Part shown: positions 29,483 through 43,960 of the stretch, one piece after another
Layout: each line of letters starts with the position of its first letter
Numbering within the stretch: position 1 is the stretch's first letter
NCBI RefSeq assembly: GCF_009914755.1
Contig: NC_060930.1
Reading direction: 5' to 3' (one strand)
Length of the DNA stretch: 64,000 bases
DNA from: the human T2T-CHM13v2.0 reference genome, Homo sapiens
Program-made: the position numbers and the translations under genes
The notes under the pieces: model-generated
The model's input: only the letters and a program-made list of their open reading frames with translations
Database searches by the model: none
Told to the model about the DNA's origin: nothing

Positions 29483-31778
29483 TGATATTGTTTGACTTTG
29501 TCCCCCCCCCAAATCTCATCTTGAATTGTAACTGCCACAATTCCCACGTGGTGTGGGAGGAACCCAGAGGGAGGTGATTGAAGTATAGGGGCGGGTCTTT
29601 CCTGCACTGTTCTCTTGATAGTGAATGAGTCTGATGAGATCTGATAGTTTTACAAATGGGAGTTTCCCTGCACAAGATCTCTTTTTGCCTGCTGCCATCC
29701 ATGGAAGACATGACTTGATCCTTCTTGCCTTCCACCATGATTGTGAGGTCTCCCAGGCAATGTGGAACTGTACTTCCATTAAATATCCTTCTCTTCCCAG
29801 TCTCATGTATGTCTTGGTCAGCAGCATGGAAAGGGACTAATACAGTACATTGGTACCAGTAGAGTGGGGCACTGCTGAAAAGATATCCGAAAATGTGGAA
29901 GCGACTTGAACTGGGTAACAGGCAGAGGTTGAAACAGTTTGGAGGGCTCAGAAGAAAACAGGAAAATGTGTGAAATTTTGGAACTCCCTAGAGACTTGTT
30001 GAATGGCTTTGACAAGAATGCTGATTGTGATATGAACAATAAGGTTCAGGCTGAGGTGGTCTCAGATGGAGATGAGGAACTTGTTGGAAATCGGAGTAAA
30101 GGTGGCTCTTGTTATGTTTTAATGAAGAGATTGGCAGCATTTTGCCCTGCCCTCGAGATTTGTGGAACTTTGAACTTCAGAGAGGTGACTTAGAGTATCT
30201 GATGGAAGAAAGTTCTAAGCAGCAAAGCGTTCAAGAGGTGACTTGGGTGCTGTTAAAGGCATTCAGTTTGAAAAGGGAAACAGAGCATAAAAGTTCAGAA
30301 AATTTGCAGCCTGATAATGAGATAGAAAAGGAAATCCCACTTTCTGAGGAGAAATCCAAGCCTGCACAGAAATTTGCATAAGTAACAGGGAGCCAAATGT
30401 TAATCCTAAATACAATGAGGAAAATATCTCCAGGGCATGTCAGGGGTCTTCACAGCAGCCCCTCACGTCACAGAACCAGAGGCCTAGGAGGAAAAAGTGG
30501 TTTCACTGGCCAGGCCCAGGGCCCCTGTGCTGTGTGCAGTCTAGGACTTGGTGCTCTGTGCTCAAGCTGATCCAGACTTGACTAAAAGGGGCCAAGGTAA
30601 AGCTTAGGCCATGACTTCAGAGGATGCAAGCTGCAAGCCTTGGAAGCTTCCATGTGGTGTTGAGCCTGTGAGTGCACAGAAGTCAAGAATTAGTGTTTGG
30701 AAACCTCTGTCTAGATTTCAGAGGATGTATGGAAATGCCTAGATGTCCAGGCAGAAGTTTGCTGGGGTGGCAGGCACTCATGGAGAGCCTCTGTTAGGGC
30801 AGTGCAGAAGGGAAATGTGGGGTCAGAGTCCCCACACAGAGTCCCTACTGGGGCACTTCCTAGTGAAGCTGTCAGAAGAGGGCCACTTTCCTCTAGATCC
30901 CAGAATGGTAGATCCATTGACAACTTGTACCGTGCACCTGCAAAAGCAAAGACACTCAATGGCAGCCCATAAAAGCAGCCAAGAAGGAAGCTGTACCCTG
31001 CACAGCCACAGGGGTTGTGCTGCTCAAGACCATGGGAACCCACTTCTTTCATCAGCATGACCTGGATGTGAGATATAGAGTCAAAGGAGATCATTTTGGA
31101 GCTTTAAGATTTGACTGCCCCACTGGATTTTGAACTTGCATGGGGCCTTTAGCCCCTTTGTTTTAGCCAATTTCTCCCATTTGGAATAGCTGTATTTATC
31201 CAATGCCTGTAACCCTATTATATCCAGGAAATAACTAACCTGCTTTTGATTTTACAGGCTCATAGGCTGAAGGGACTTGCCTTGTCTCAGATGAGACATT
31301 GGACTGTGAACTTTTGAGTTAATGCTGAAATGAGTTAAGACTTTGGGGGACTGTTGCAAAGGCATGATTGGTTTTGAAATGTGAGGACATGAGATTTGGG
31401 AGGGGGCAGGAGTGGAATGATACGGTTTGGTTGCATCCCCACACAAATCTCATCTTGAATTGTAACTCCCACAATTCCCAGGTTTTGTGGGAGGATCCCA
31501 GTGGGAGGTGATTGCATTATGGGGGCAGGTCTTTCCTGCACTGTTCTCATAATAGTGAATGAGTCTCATGAGATCTGGTGGTTTTATAAACACGAGTTTC
31601 TCTGCACAAGCTCTCTTTTTGCCTGCCACCATCCATGTAAGACATGACCTGCTCCTCCTTGCCTTCCACCATGATTGTGAGGCATCCCCAGCCATGTGAA
31701 ACTGTAAGTTCATTGAACCTCTTTTTCTTCCCAGTCTGTGGTATGTCTTTATCGGCATTGTGAAAAGGGATTAATACA
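29483..31778 (+). mobile_element. Full-length THE1A/THE1B MaLR element: LTRs 29483-29844 and 31418-31778, internal 29845-31417
   Basis: Two ~360-bp LTRs (tgata...taataca), ~1.57-kb THE1-int, TSD atacc/ataac; internal ORF fragmented. Confidence 0.95.
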
Positions 31779-32878
31779 ATAACCAACTGCAATGGGTGAA
31801 AATTATATTATAGGCCCAGTTAACTGTGATAGTTAATGTTGAGAAAGGGTGGAAGAACTGTAACAAAATTAAATAATCTTTCACAGTCTGTTAGAGGCCC
31901 ATTTTGTTAATGGTGAAGCATATTCTACATATCAAGTTTACAAGTCAACACTGTTTACAAGCCAGAACCTAAGTAAAATTATTAGGGCCCTTCTCCTACC
32001 AATATTTGATCCTAAATTTCTGTCTTTCTAGTTTCTGCCACAGAAATTCATTTATACACTTGCAAAAAAATTTAAAAACCTTCGTATGTGATTTGACTAA
32101 TATATATTTCCTTTTATTCTGTTATAAAAGACTGAAGCTTAAGAAACAAATATTTAGCTCTTAAATTTAAGGAGTTATTATTTTATTTATTAATGAGGGC
32201 AACTGAAAATTTATTATATTGGTTGTAATCTATTCCACATGCTTGCATGCCAACCCTGATGTAATACGTTGTGTCAGTGGTTTCCAAATGGTGGTAACTA
32301 AACAAAAGGGAGTTTTTAAAAATATCTTTAAGAATATTTTAAGTGGTCATTATGGCCATGCTTAATACATGTATGCTTTCTCACTTCATTTTCAAGTTAT
32401 GTACTAAAATGTCAAATAATTTGAGATTACAGAGAAACATGTATTAAAAAATGTAAAAACTATTTTTCTTGACTTTTTTCTACTTAATATATATTAGTAC
32501 CATACTTTATAAACAACTTAGAATGTATTATAGTTTCTATCCAAAAATATATTGTCTTTTTTAACACATACATAGTAAAAATAAATGTAATTTGTCTCCT
32601 TCTTCTAGATTAATTTTCCTTTAAACCTTAAATTACATGTTTTTAAAGCTATGCAAATTAAAAATAAAAGAAAACCACTAAAATATCCCAAAGGTAAATT
32701 ACAATATAACTGAATACATAGATCATCTGGCCCTTGTCAATGTCATGTGAGATCAAAGAATAGACTGAAAAGTTTCTCAGAGTCAACTTAAAATAAATGT
32801 CTCTGTGGCCTAATAATCAAAGCACAGTAAAAAATGTATATATATCATATATTATATATATAATGTAATTTCAGACAT

Positions 32879-33802
32879 TGTGATGGTTAATTTTACTCAT
32901 CAACTTGACTGTCTATAGGGTGCTGAGATTAAACGTTATTTCTGGGTATTTCTGTGACAGTGTTCTTGGAGGAGATTGGCATTTGAATCTTTAGGTTGAG
33001 TAAAGCAGATTGTACTCCCCAGTGTGAGTAGGCACCATCCAATCCCTTGAAAGCTAAATAGAACAAAGGTGGAAAAAGGAAGAAGTCACTTCTCTTTCCC
33101 TGTCTCAGTGACTGAGCTAGAACATCTCATCCCAGCTCCTCTGGCCCTTGGACTGAATTTTACACTGTGGACTGCCCTGGTTCTCAGACCCTCAGATTCA
33201 GGTGTAAGGAATTATACCATCAGCTTTCTTAAATCTCCACCTTACAGACAGCATATCTTGGGACCTCTCAACTTCCACAAGTATGTGAGCCAATTCCTCA
33301 CAATAACATATATATATATTAGAATTATCTCACATAATATTCTGTATATAATATATATAATTGGGCCAGGCATGGTGGCTCATGCCTGTAATTTCAGCAC
33401 TTTGAGAGTCTGAGGTGGGCAGATCACTTGAGGTCAGGAGTTAGAGACCAGCCTGGCCAACATGGTGAAATCTCGTATCTACTAAAAATACAGAAATTAG
33501 CCAGGTGTGGTGGCATGGGCCTGTAGTCCCAGTTACCTGGGAGACTGAGGTGGGAGAATTGCTTGAACCCAGGAAGCAGAGGCCTCAGTAAGCCGAGACT
33601 GTGCGAAGACACTTCAACCTTGGAGACAGAGCAAGACTCCATCAAAAAAAGAAAAACAACAACAACAACAACAACAACAACAAAACCTATGTATCTATTT
33701 CTCTATAACTGAATTATATATAATTTGTGTGTGTGTGTGTGTGTGTGTTTGTGTGTGTATCTCCTACTGTTTCTATTTCTCTAAAGATCCCTGACTAATG
33801 CA
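32879..33802 (+). mobile_element. MLT2 (MLT2D-like, ERVL) LTR, interrupted by an Alu and a (TG)n tract at 33726-33758
   Basis: tgtgatggttaatttta...caacttgactg...gagattggcatttgaatc...ccctgactaatgca. Confidence 0.85.
33364..33685 (+). mobile_element. Alu (Sz/Jb-like) with (CAA)n tail
   Basis: Full dimer, gatcacttgaggtcaggag, tail expanded to (caa)n. Confidence 0.93.
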
Positions 33803-33881
33803 ATATTCATCATTATAAAAATTTTAAAATCATTTTGAACACAGCACAGAAAAATTTTACAATGATATAATAATTTTCTGT

Positions 33882-34295
33882 TACTTTATTGTCTTTTTAG
33901 AGTAGTTTTAGGTTCACAGCAAAATTCAAAGGAAGGTATGGAGATTTCTCATATGCTCCTTTGTCCCTACCCATGCATAGCTTCTTCCATTATTAAAATA
34001 CCCAACCAGAGCCACCAGAGTGCCACATTTGTTATAATTGATTAACCTACACTGCTGTATTATAATCACCCACAATCCATGGTTTACATTATGGCTCACT
34101 ATTGCTACTGTACCTTCTATTGGTTTGAACAAATGCACAATGACATGCATCCACTACTCTAGTATCATAGGATATTTTCGCTGCCTTAAAATTCCTCTGT
34201 GCTCTGCATATTCATTCTTCCATCCTACCCAGCCCCTGGCAAGCGATCACTGATATTTTTACTTTCTGTATCATTTTGGCTTTAACAGAATGCTG
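33882..34295 (-). mobile_element. L1MC-type 3' end
   Basis: tttagagtagttttaggttcacagcaaaatt...catggtttacatta...gccttaaaattcctctgtgctctgc. Confidence 0.8.
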
Positions 34296-34708
34296 TAATA
34301 TACCTTGATTTATTTATCCATGATAATTTTTTTAAATGTCATATTTCCTTATGGCTGAACATATGAATAATTCTTTTTCTGAACATATATGTGATATTTA
34401 AACTTTAGAGTTTACTATCTGTAAGTATGCTAGATGTAAATAACTACTACTATATAAATATGGCTGTATAAATAAAACTAGTAAACCTCAGCAATCTTGA
34501 AATTCTAATAGCTACTCCTAAATCAGTGAAAACAAAACTTACTCTGAATGTTTATAAGATTTCACAACAATATGTTAGCGGAAATAATAAAAACACAAAT
34601 TCTCAAATTGGCACCAAAAATAGTGACCACAGGGAGCCTACAGTTTTACATGCTCATCTTGGTTTGCTCAAAAATTATGTGCAAAAAATCAAGAACAAAT
34701 ATAAAATA

Positions 34709-35037
34709 CTGTCATGCATTGCCTAATGGCATTTTGGTCAACAATGAACCACATATAAGAAAATGGTCCTGAAAGATTGTAATATATTTTTACTGAAACT
34801 TTTAAATTTTTAAATGCACAATATTTACCATTGTGTTACAACTGCCTGCAGTATTCAGTAGAGTAACATGTTGTACAGGGTTGTAGGAGCAATAGGCTAT
34901 ATCATATAGCCTAGGTGTATGGTAGACTGCATCATCTAGGTTTGTGTAAGTAAACTCCTTGATATTCACACAATGATGAAATTGCCTAACAACACATTTC
35001 TCAGAACATATTTCTGTCATTAAGCAGTGCTTGACTG
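34709..35037. mobile_element. Tigger3a/MER7A (Golem) DNA transposon
   Basis: ctgtcatgcattgcctaatg...cacatttctcagaac...cattaagcagtgcttgactg inverted ends. Confidence 0.85.
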
Positions 35038-35049
35038 CAATGGGGCAAT

Positions 35050-35303
35050 TTATTTTTTTGAATGGTCTGTCACTCTGTTGTCCAGGCTGGGGTACACTGG
35101 TGCAATCATGGCTCACTGCCTCTCCAGGCTCTGGTGATTCTCCTGCCTCAGTTTCTGTATTTTATTTATATGTTTACTTTTTCAGTAGAGGTGGGGTTTC
35201 ATCATGTTGCCCAGGTCAGTCTCAAACTCCTGGCCTAAAGCAATCCACTCGCCTTGGCCTCTCAAAATGCTAGGATTACAGGTGTGAGTCATTGCACTCG
35301 GCT
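35050..35303 (-). mobile_element. AluJ with internal deletion
   Basis: caatcatggctcactgc, ctcctggcctaaagcaatcc (J diagnostics). Confidence 0.88.
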
Positions 35304-36274
35304 GAAAAAGTTTTTAAATCATGTATTTCTCAAAATCTTAAAATTATTTCAAAAAATATTTACTCATTCCTAAATTATCATATAACCTGAGGAGTTCTGT
35401 TGCAGTGAAAGAACACATATTTTAATAAATTCAATAAAGATAAAAGTAAAGTATAAATTCATATTAATCATAATTATTCTTCACTTATATTTGTTTGCAT
35501 TTATGAGAGGTTTATAAGCCAGAATGAATATTTTTTATTGCATTCCCCCAAATTTAATTTTGAAACATCTGATTCTACTAATTTATATTACTCATTTTAT
35601 TTATTTGTGGTGTCACCTTGGGCTCATTAGTTTTAGAAGAAAAGCAATTTTTAAAAAGTCATTTGCTAAATAAATATTGGTATTGATAAACCTTTTTGTT
35701 GTTTCTGTTTTTACAAAAGAGCAGCCAAATAATTTTCAAAAATGCCCATCGTTAAGGAAATTGATACAAATTTGTTTAAAACAATAATAAATATAAGTAA
35801 TAACATTTTTAAGTAAATTAAACCAACAGCTTAAAGTATGACTGATTGTAGTTAACACTTATGCTATTTAATAATAGACAGTAGGAGTCAATTAAAAACT
35901 TCTGTTAAGCATATTTTTCTTTTTATTGCATAATGTTCATTCTACTTTCACTATCCATTTTTGGAACATGCCTTTTAAAACTTGAAATCAGCAGCATTAC
36001 TTTTTCTGCCAGTTTTATACGCTTTTATGCGGTACCTACAGAAAATTTACGTATTTTTTATTACAACTAAAACAAGTTTAATACTGCTAAAACTTGTCAA
36101 AGTCAACTTACATATTCTTAAATAGTGTGATTTAAAATATTTTAGAGGTTTAAATTGAAATATAGGAAAGCTAATTTGAATCTTTAAATTGAAGTTTTTT
36201 TCTTTCAAAACTAAAAGTTGTCTCTGGATAAAAAAAATCAAATTGACAAATATGATCATGCTTCTGCTATGTAG

Positions 36275-36301
36275 CAGATCCTTGAGCAGTTCACTGTGAA
36301 G
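36275..36301 (+). other. Candidate 27-nt (or 24-nt via NAGNAG) microexon, open frame QILEQFTVK
   Basis: tgcttctgctatgTAG|CAG acceptor, AAG|GTAAAG donor, UGC motifs just upstream, TGCATG at 36384-36389; lies in non-repeat DNA. Confidence 0.3.
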
Positions 36302-39300
36302 GTAAAGACATTTTGTACCTTCCATGTTTGCAATTTTTATCTTAATGTTAATAGTTTACCGCCAATATCCAGTGACTTACTGTTGCATGTTGGTACATGA
36401 AGTTTCTAATAGTTTCCTGCATTGGGTCAGTCCAATTTCCAATTAAAGTGGGTGATGGAATGCTAATATTTGCTGTCACTTCACACCAGGTGTGTTAAAT
36501 GTATGCTAGATAAAAAAAAAAAATGTTAAGGAACAACTCACAATTCATTTTGCTCCTATTCATGAGGTTGGGGGACACACTTGAGATAGAAAGAAGGCAG
36601 GTGATCCCGGTCTAATCGCCTAGTGAGCACACTAATAACTGACCTTCTGGCAAACTAATAACATATGCCAGCAAGAGTCTTTATATGAGCCTAGAAAATA
36701 TGCTCCTGTAAACATCTTGAATGTCAGATGTCCCTGATCTAAGATTGCTTACTATAAATAAATCTGGAATCTTTGGATTGCTAGGGGATGGCTCTCTGGA
36801 AAATGCCACACGATTTATTTATTTATCTGAATAATAAATGGAGATAGTTCATGACTGAATTGGCTTCAGATTGTGTCAGTAAGGAGACCACACACTTCCT
36901 TAACTTTAGACCTCAACTTTCAACTTGGCCAAGAGGGTGTATCCAGTGTGTGTAGAAAGGCACGTAGAAAATCCTCACCTCTTGTTTCATCTATGCCTCT
37001 TAAAAGCTTGTTTACTTGAAATTATTAAGAAAGCTTGAAACAGTAAAGTCTCTGATTTGTGTGTCTCATTTGACAACTTGATATTTTATGCTAACTCATT
37101 TGCTTAAGTGTTTGGTGGGATTGTGATGCAACTTTTCTAATGATGAAAATTGTACACAAAAAGAGACTTGCTTCCTTGTCAACTTCTGGCTGAAGTAGAG
37201 AATACATTATTTATTTCTAAAAAATTACTAAACATTTCTGACTTTTCTGGAGTTTTTCTCTGTCTTCAGATGGCTTTAGAAAATTTCCAGTTTACAGAAC
37301 ATTTTGGAATTATAGTTATATCTGTGATTTAGGTAATAAAATAAATCGCTTTTTTTGGTTTAACTAAAATGTACCATGCGACATTTGGCTTAAAAATCCA
37401 TTTGTGAATTTATATGCTCAATGAAAAATTAATTAGGCTGAGATGAGTTTTCTCTAGGTATATTTGTTCTTGTTGGTTTTTATTCTTATTTTAATTTCAG
37501 TCTAAGGGCAGTGCCTCTGCTGGTAAAACTGTGAATAGTTAACATGCTTAGTGAATGTGATCTCTAGTTTTAAGTGCCCCTCACAGATGAGCAAACTTGG
37601 CATCTGTCTCCCCTTCACTGTTTTTGCAACCACTTGGATTTTCCTCTTCCCTGAAGCACTTTTTTTGAATATTTATTTATATAATCATTCCCATGTGAAA
37701 AGGAAAACTTCCATGTATTCTACGTGCTTGAATCTCATACCTACATACCAAAATGAGAAAACTAAATATCAAATATCTTTATAAATTATTATCAATCAAC
37801 TAGAAATATGCAGTATGGTATAGGAAGAGATGAATATTCATGAAAAATAGAATATGTGGCATGTAGTACAAGATATGCCAGTATTTTAAGAAATAACTGC
37901 AACCCATGATTTCAGGGAGATATTTTGTTAGATAAACGACAGGATAGGAATCAACTTTTTAAATCAATTGTTTTAAGCTACCAACTTAGGAAGAAGACTC
38001 AACTATATAAATAAAAAATAAAAGATCAAAATGACAGCAGTAATTTGTACTCTTTTGGGCCAATAGATCAGATGTTGTGACTATAAGAAGCCATTCAATA
38101 GACCTCATATGCCCCATACAATGCCATGAAAGTTAGATCATTGTTCAAATCCAAATATTTCAATATTATTTTGAAATTATAAGAGACATTTTAAGAAAGC
38201 ATAACTGGTAAAATTTTTATTTCCCTCAAAGGGTTATCAAGTATATTTTGACTTTGTAATCAGTACTCTGAAAGATTATTTTTGTAACTCTTTCTCTTTG
38301 TGATGAGCCAGATGGTGGCATCATTTTCATTCAAATTGTAGCTTTGAACTTTATTATCTAAATATTTTGGTTATTTGTGTCACAATAGATTCTGAGTGGT
38401 GTTTTTATGGCAGATTTTAGTTTACACAAATTTATAAAATGTCAACTCTGATTTGGCATCTTGCTAAGAGATGGGGATAAAATGATGAATGTTGCCTGCC
38501 CTTACAAAACTTTTATTTTGCTGAGAGAGCAAAACTTTCAAATAAACAATTAAAATTATTATTTTATATGTTTTTCTAGAAATATGTAGAAACAAAACTG
38601 GTACCAGGTACAGTGATTATCTTCATCTATTAACATTTCTATTCAGAAAGCAATATAAAACACAAAGGAAAAAGTGACATCTAACTTGGCTTCTAAGGAA
38701 ACACCTAAGGAATAGGTATTTACTGAGCAGAGGAAAAGGATATTTGGGGCAGAACCGGAAGTTGGTGTAAAGCCATAGAGGAAAACTATAATGCTGGGTT
38801 ATGACTTTGCATGTAGAAGAATATTATGGAAAATAACAACGAAAACTGAGAATGTAGTACCGAGTCAACAGACTTCAAATATATGGTCAGAGAACATACA
38901 CATAATGACTGGAGGTATGAGACTGGATCATCGGTAAGAGTGTGGCTCTTCTGTAAACGATTTAATTTTGGGTTAAGGTCAAGGGATAAAGCAAGAACGG
39001 ATGTTAGGTTCTGGGAGAGGGACCCAGCCCTTGGGCTGTGGGGCTATTTAAACTGCATAATTAAAAATCACCATCCCCTCCAAGGTAAAATTCTATAGCA
39101 CTCTGATGGGCAGAATGTTAGTGCAAGACCTAATTTCCCAGATCAGCATCCGTGGTTAGAGAAATACGTGTGGAGAAGCAACATGGTGTGATCAGAAGGC
39201 TGGGTTCTCAGACATGTGATTGCATCAGTACAACTTACTGGGCCGGTGTCTCAGTCCTTCATCTCAGCCTCATACAAGGTTGGCTGCCTGAGAGCTCAGC

Positions 39301-42147
39301 AGTTGTTGGTTTCCATGGAGGTTTGGAAGAGACCTAACTTCAGCGACCTCATCACAGGAAAATTGACTCTTATTTATCTAAAGTGTTTACAACACATTCT
39401 TGCATAAAATCACATCTGAAAATATTTATTGTTTTTTGTAAATATTTCCAGTTGGTTTGTGGTAGTTGGCATTTAAATTTAGTCCTGCTTGACTTTTCAG
39501 CACACATTTCTAAATAGTATACTATGATGACCTTGGGATCATTCAGTGTATATTCATTCATGTTTGGGAAGAATAAGGTGATCCTTCATTCCAGACAGTT
39601 TGGGAAAAATAAGGTGATTTTTTTTAATATTTCCTTTCCATTTTCTGAAGTAGTAGAAATGACTGCAGTAAGAAACAAAAGAAAGGGATTATATTGCATT
39701 GTTTGCAATAAATGAATGGAAGAATCAAACACAATGCATTTGCTAAATAGGTAGTGTTGAACAAAAGTAATATTCAAAATCATAGACTATAAAATATGTT
39801 GAATATATCCAAATATGTTCTTGAAATTTGGGGGCTAAATTTTGAAGAAAGAGAATAAAGACTAAATGTTATGGTCATTTTTTAAAATCTTGGAGTTTGT
39901 AGCTGAGGCACTTCATGCAATTTGAGAGACATTTTCAGTTCAAAATCAATCTAGGCATTACTTCCCCATCAAAATTCCAAGAGCATTACAATTATTTTAT
40001 TAAGGCAAAGGAAGAGATGAGAGAGTACACACAGAATCTTAGCAGGAACACAGGATGGACTCTATTCCTAGGCTTTGGTACTCAGAATATGTTGGAGGCT
40101 GTAGGGGCTTTACAATCTGCATAATTGAAAATAGAGATAGCTAACATATTGGAAATACATTTTACAGAAACCTTTAAGTAAGCTTATGTTTCTCTCTTTC
40201 TTTGTCATCAAAGGAAATAGTGCCATGTGGACTGGAGTGGAACAAGATTCTCACAGAACAGAAATTTTAAATGAATCACAACCTCTGACTAAAAGAGTGG
40301 AATAAATAAAAAGATGGAATCCAGTAGAACCCTCAAGTTTCAGGACTTGGTAACTGAGTATATACTTATGACACTAGCCAAGATAAGAAATGGATAGTAA
40401 GAACATGTTCATTTTATGATATGATTGGTTCCATTTGTGGTATTTTGAGGTAATTCAGATGATTAATAAAAATGCAGTACAATGGAGACATTTAGTTGTA
40501 TCATAATACAACTAAATCCAAAGCTAGGCAAAGGCTCAAGACTAAACTGTCCAATTAGCAGAATATTAAGATGACAAAGAAGTAACTTAAGCCCTAGCCA
40601 ATTCTGTGAGGAGCATGAAAATCCAAGAAAGACATAGTTTTTCATTTTAGAAAAACACAACATGCTGAAATGTATAAATACATTTTAGATTATTAAATTC
40701 TTATTATTGTTAAATATTCTTGATTTTTTACTCCTTTCTATAATTTTCATCTATAATTTTATCCCTATATATTCTAAAATGTAATGAATCCAAGCATTAC
40801 ACTTCATCTATACTAACGACTTCCTCTATAATGACTTAGCTGAGCTAACTATTTCAAGTTTCTGAAATATTTTGAACTTATTGGTTGATATCTGTTTACT
40901 TGATTCATGTATGAATCTCCAAATATATCTAAAAAATTGAAACTGTATAGAGATAAAAAATTTAAGTCTACACACTCATGAAATAAGTATTTGGTATATT
41001 TTGATACAAATTTGATTTTAATATGAGTATGATATATAATCGGTATTTATTCAATATATAGGCATATACTATGTATATCTATTCAATATGTAGGCATATG
41101 TTATGTACTGGATCAATGCATACAAAAATAGACAAAACTAACACACGCTGTAATGCTGTTACTAACATTAAATCTTAGACTAAGTGATTTAAAAAATACA
41201 AACAGGAAGCCAACATAATTCTTAGTATTGTAGATAATTCTACATTCCAGTTTCTTTTTTTGGGTGGGGGTGGCTATTTATTTCATTGTCTTGACTTTTC
41301 TCATTTACATCCCTGACAACACTGGCTTTTGTCATTTCTCTGCTGGTTTATTGCATTTACCTATGACTATCTGCCCTAACTTCAGTCTTTTCTTGGCTTA
41401 GAAATATTGTCTACTTAACTGAAGAAGAAATTACCCAAAACAAAAATCTGACCATGTAATTATTAACTCTAAATCATTGATAGTGTTCCATTTACTCAGA
41501 CAGGGAAAGGAGTTAACATTTGGAAAGTAACTGCTATGTGGGAGAAATACAGAGGAGTCTTGCATGATTCACTAAGCTTCATTAACTCAGTTAGCCGAAA
41601 TTATCACGGAAAAGCAAATATAAACAACAGACAAGCATGGAAATAGAAATACCTGTAAGTAAAATACATTTTGTGCATGTGGAAACCAGGTGTTTGGATT
41701 GCTTCATACTAGAAAAACAAAAGCAAAACCAATGAATTCAAAGATGACTCAAATATTAAAATCACAGGAACTCTGGTAAATTGTATTAATCTATCCCAGG
41801 ATAATCTTCCCACTTTTTGCTTTGTATTATATCTCTTCTCTTTCCTCAGGATTTTACATCATAGATTATTTATTCTCACTCTTGTATATTTACCTCTTTT
41901 CCCTCCCAATGGATAATTATCCTTTAAGTTAAATTCATTTATTCAATTCATTCACATTCTTTCAATGAAGCTGAATGTATAGATAGATAAATGGATAGAT
42001 AGATATGTACATACATATGTAGATATACAGATCTCCCACTTGACAACTCATGGTCCCGGAGTTATTGCACTTTGTCTGTTTTCTTTCACAACCAAGTATT
42101 GAAGATTTTATCCATAATGTTGTACTAATTCTCCAATCTCTCATTAA

Positions 42148-42555
<408 letters not shown>

Positions 42556-42794
42556 TGCCTTTGCTTCTTAACAGCATTCAGACCTGTTCACCATTTCCCA
42601 TATTTTGAAGTGTTTTATGTCCTTGAGTTTAATAATGCAAACTCCTTGGTCTTCCACATTACTTGTCTGGTCATTATTTCTCTTCTGTTTAAAGATAGCA
42701 TTCTGCAAGTAGCAGCTCTATTCGTTACTCTTCCTCTAACACCTTTATTTACCCCTTTCTGCAGGAAAATCACAAATTGAATTTTTACCTAGAC

Positions 42795-42979
42795 CAGTGT
42801 ACTCCCACAGAATTATCCACTAAGATGGAAATTTTTTATATTGGAACTGACTAAAACAGTAGCCATTAGCTACACTTGGCTATAGGGCACTTGACATGAA
42901 GCTAGTGAGATTGAAAAACTGAACTTTAAATTTTATTTTAATAACTACATGTCTACTGGCTACTGATTGGACCATACAG
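42795..42979. mobile_element. MER3 (hAT-Charlie)
   Basis: gtagccattagctacacttggcta...gcacttga...gaactttaaattttattt; flanks acctagac/atgtagac. Confidence 0.75.
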
Positions 42980-43814
42980 ATGTAGACCTCCCAACAGTCT
43001 ATTTGGCCTTACCTCTTGAATGTCTGCATACCACCTCTCGCTAAAGGAATCAGACTGAATTCATCTTCCTCCTATTCAAATTTGCATTTCTTCTAGATTC
43101 TACAACTTGTCTATTATGTAAATGGAAAATCCAGGAGTTATCAGACAATGCCCTCTTCAACTTTCCTGCGGACTTTCCCTTCAAAGGACATCTCAAATCA
43201 GATCACTTCCCTGGTATCTACCAGAAACCACTCAGTCTAACTACTATTTCTACCTGTTTTGCTTCATCAGCCTCTTATTATTATCTAATTTACCTAATTC
43301 ATGTTTAAACACACCACAGTACTCTTGATGAAACACAAATCTGATGGCATTCATTGGCCCCACCCTCATTCCTGTCTATCCAATTTAAAAATTTCTGAGA
43401 GTTATATTTGTTTTAAAGTGCAAACAGAATTTCTTAAAATGGCCTACAATAGTCTTACATTTTGAGGGCCACGTGTACCTCACTGGCCTCTTTGCAAAGC
43501 ACATTTACTCTTGTTCAACTTACAGACAATATTAAATATATAATTGTTCTTAATATTTGCAATACCTTTTATCAACTATAAAGCACTTTTTTTTTTTTAC
43601 ACCTATCTGGTTTAATGCTCACATTCTCCTAAGCTGCATCCATTCCAGCCACACAGGGTTTTTTTGTTTTGTTTTGTTTTTCTTTTTTTTTCATTTCATT
43701 GAACACACTGTACTGCCTTCAACCACAGGGTCGTGGAACACATTTCCTTCTTTCTCACTGTATCCAACTTTTATCTAAGCATCTCTTTCTAATCTAGCTC
43801 CTTTTTTTATTATA

Positions 43815-43960
43815 AATGTTGCAAAAGCTAATAAAATTTAAGCTTCAGAGTCTCTCATTTGCATGGGCTGCTTCCAAGACTCTGTGCTTAGTTTGAATTA
43901 TTTTTCTTAAAGTGGGCCCACAAATTTTGTAAGATTTTGGTATACTAAACTGGACTCAAT
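43815..43960. mobile_element. MER53-like hAT element
   Basis: aagctaataaaatttaagcttcagagtctctcatttgcatgggctgcttccaag...gggcccacaaattttgtaag. Confidence 0.6.

Noticed and set aside
29442-31792. Cluster of 60-127 aa ORFs
   Set aside because: All lie in THE1 LTR or internal sequence, which is fragmented by stops and frameshifts
37270-37522. Plus-strand acceptor/donor pairs (63 nt at 37270-37332, 22 nt at 37501-37522)
   Set aside because: Donors are weak, there is no coherent frame, and such pairs arise by chance in T-rich DNA
41044-41107. 32-bp tandem duplication; similar short ones at 12720-12750 and 48462-48499
   Set aside because: Ordinary slippage duplications with no sign of function
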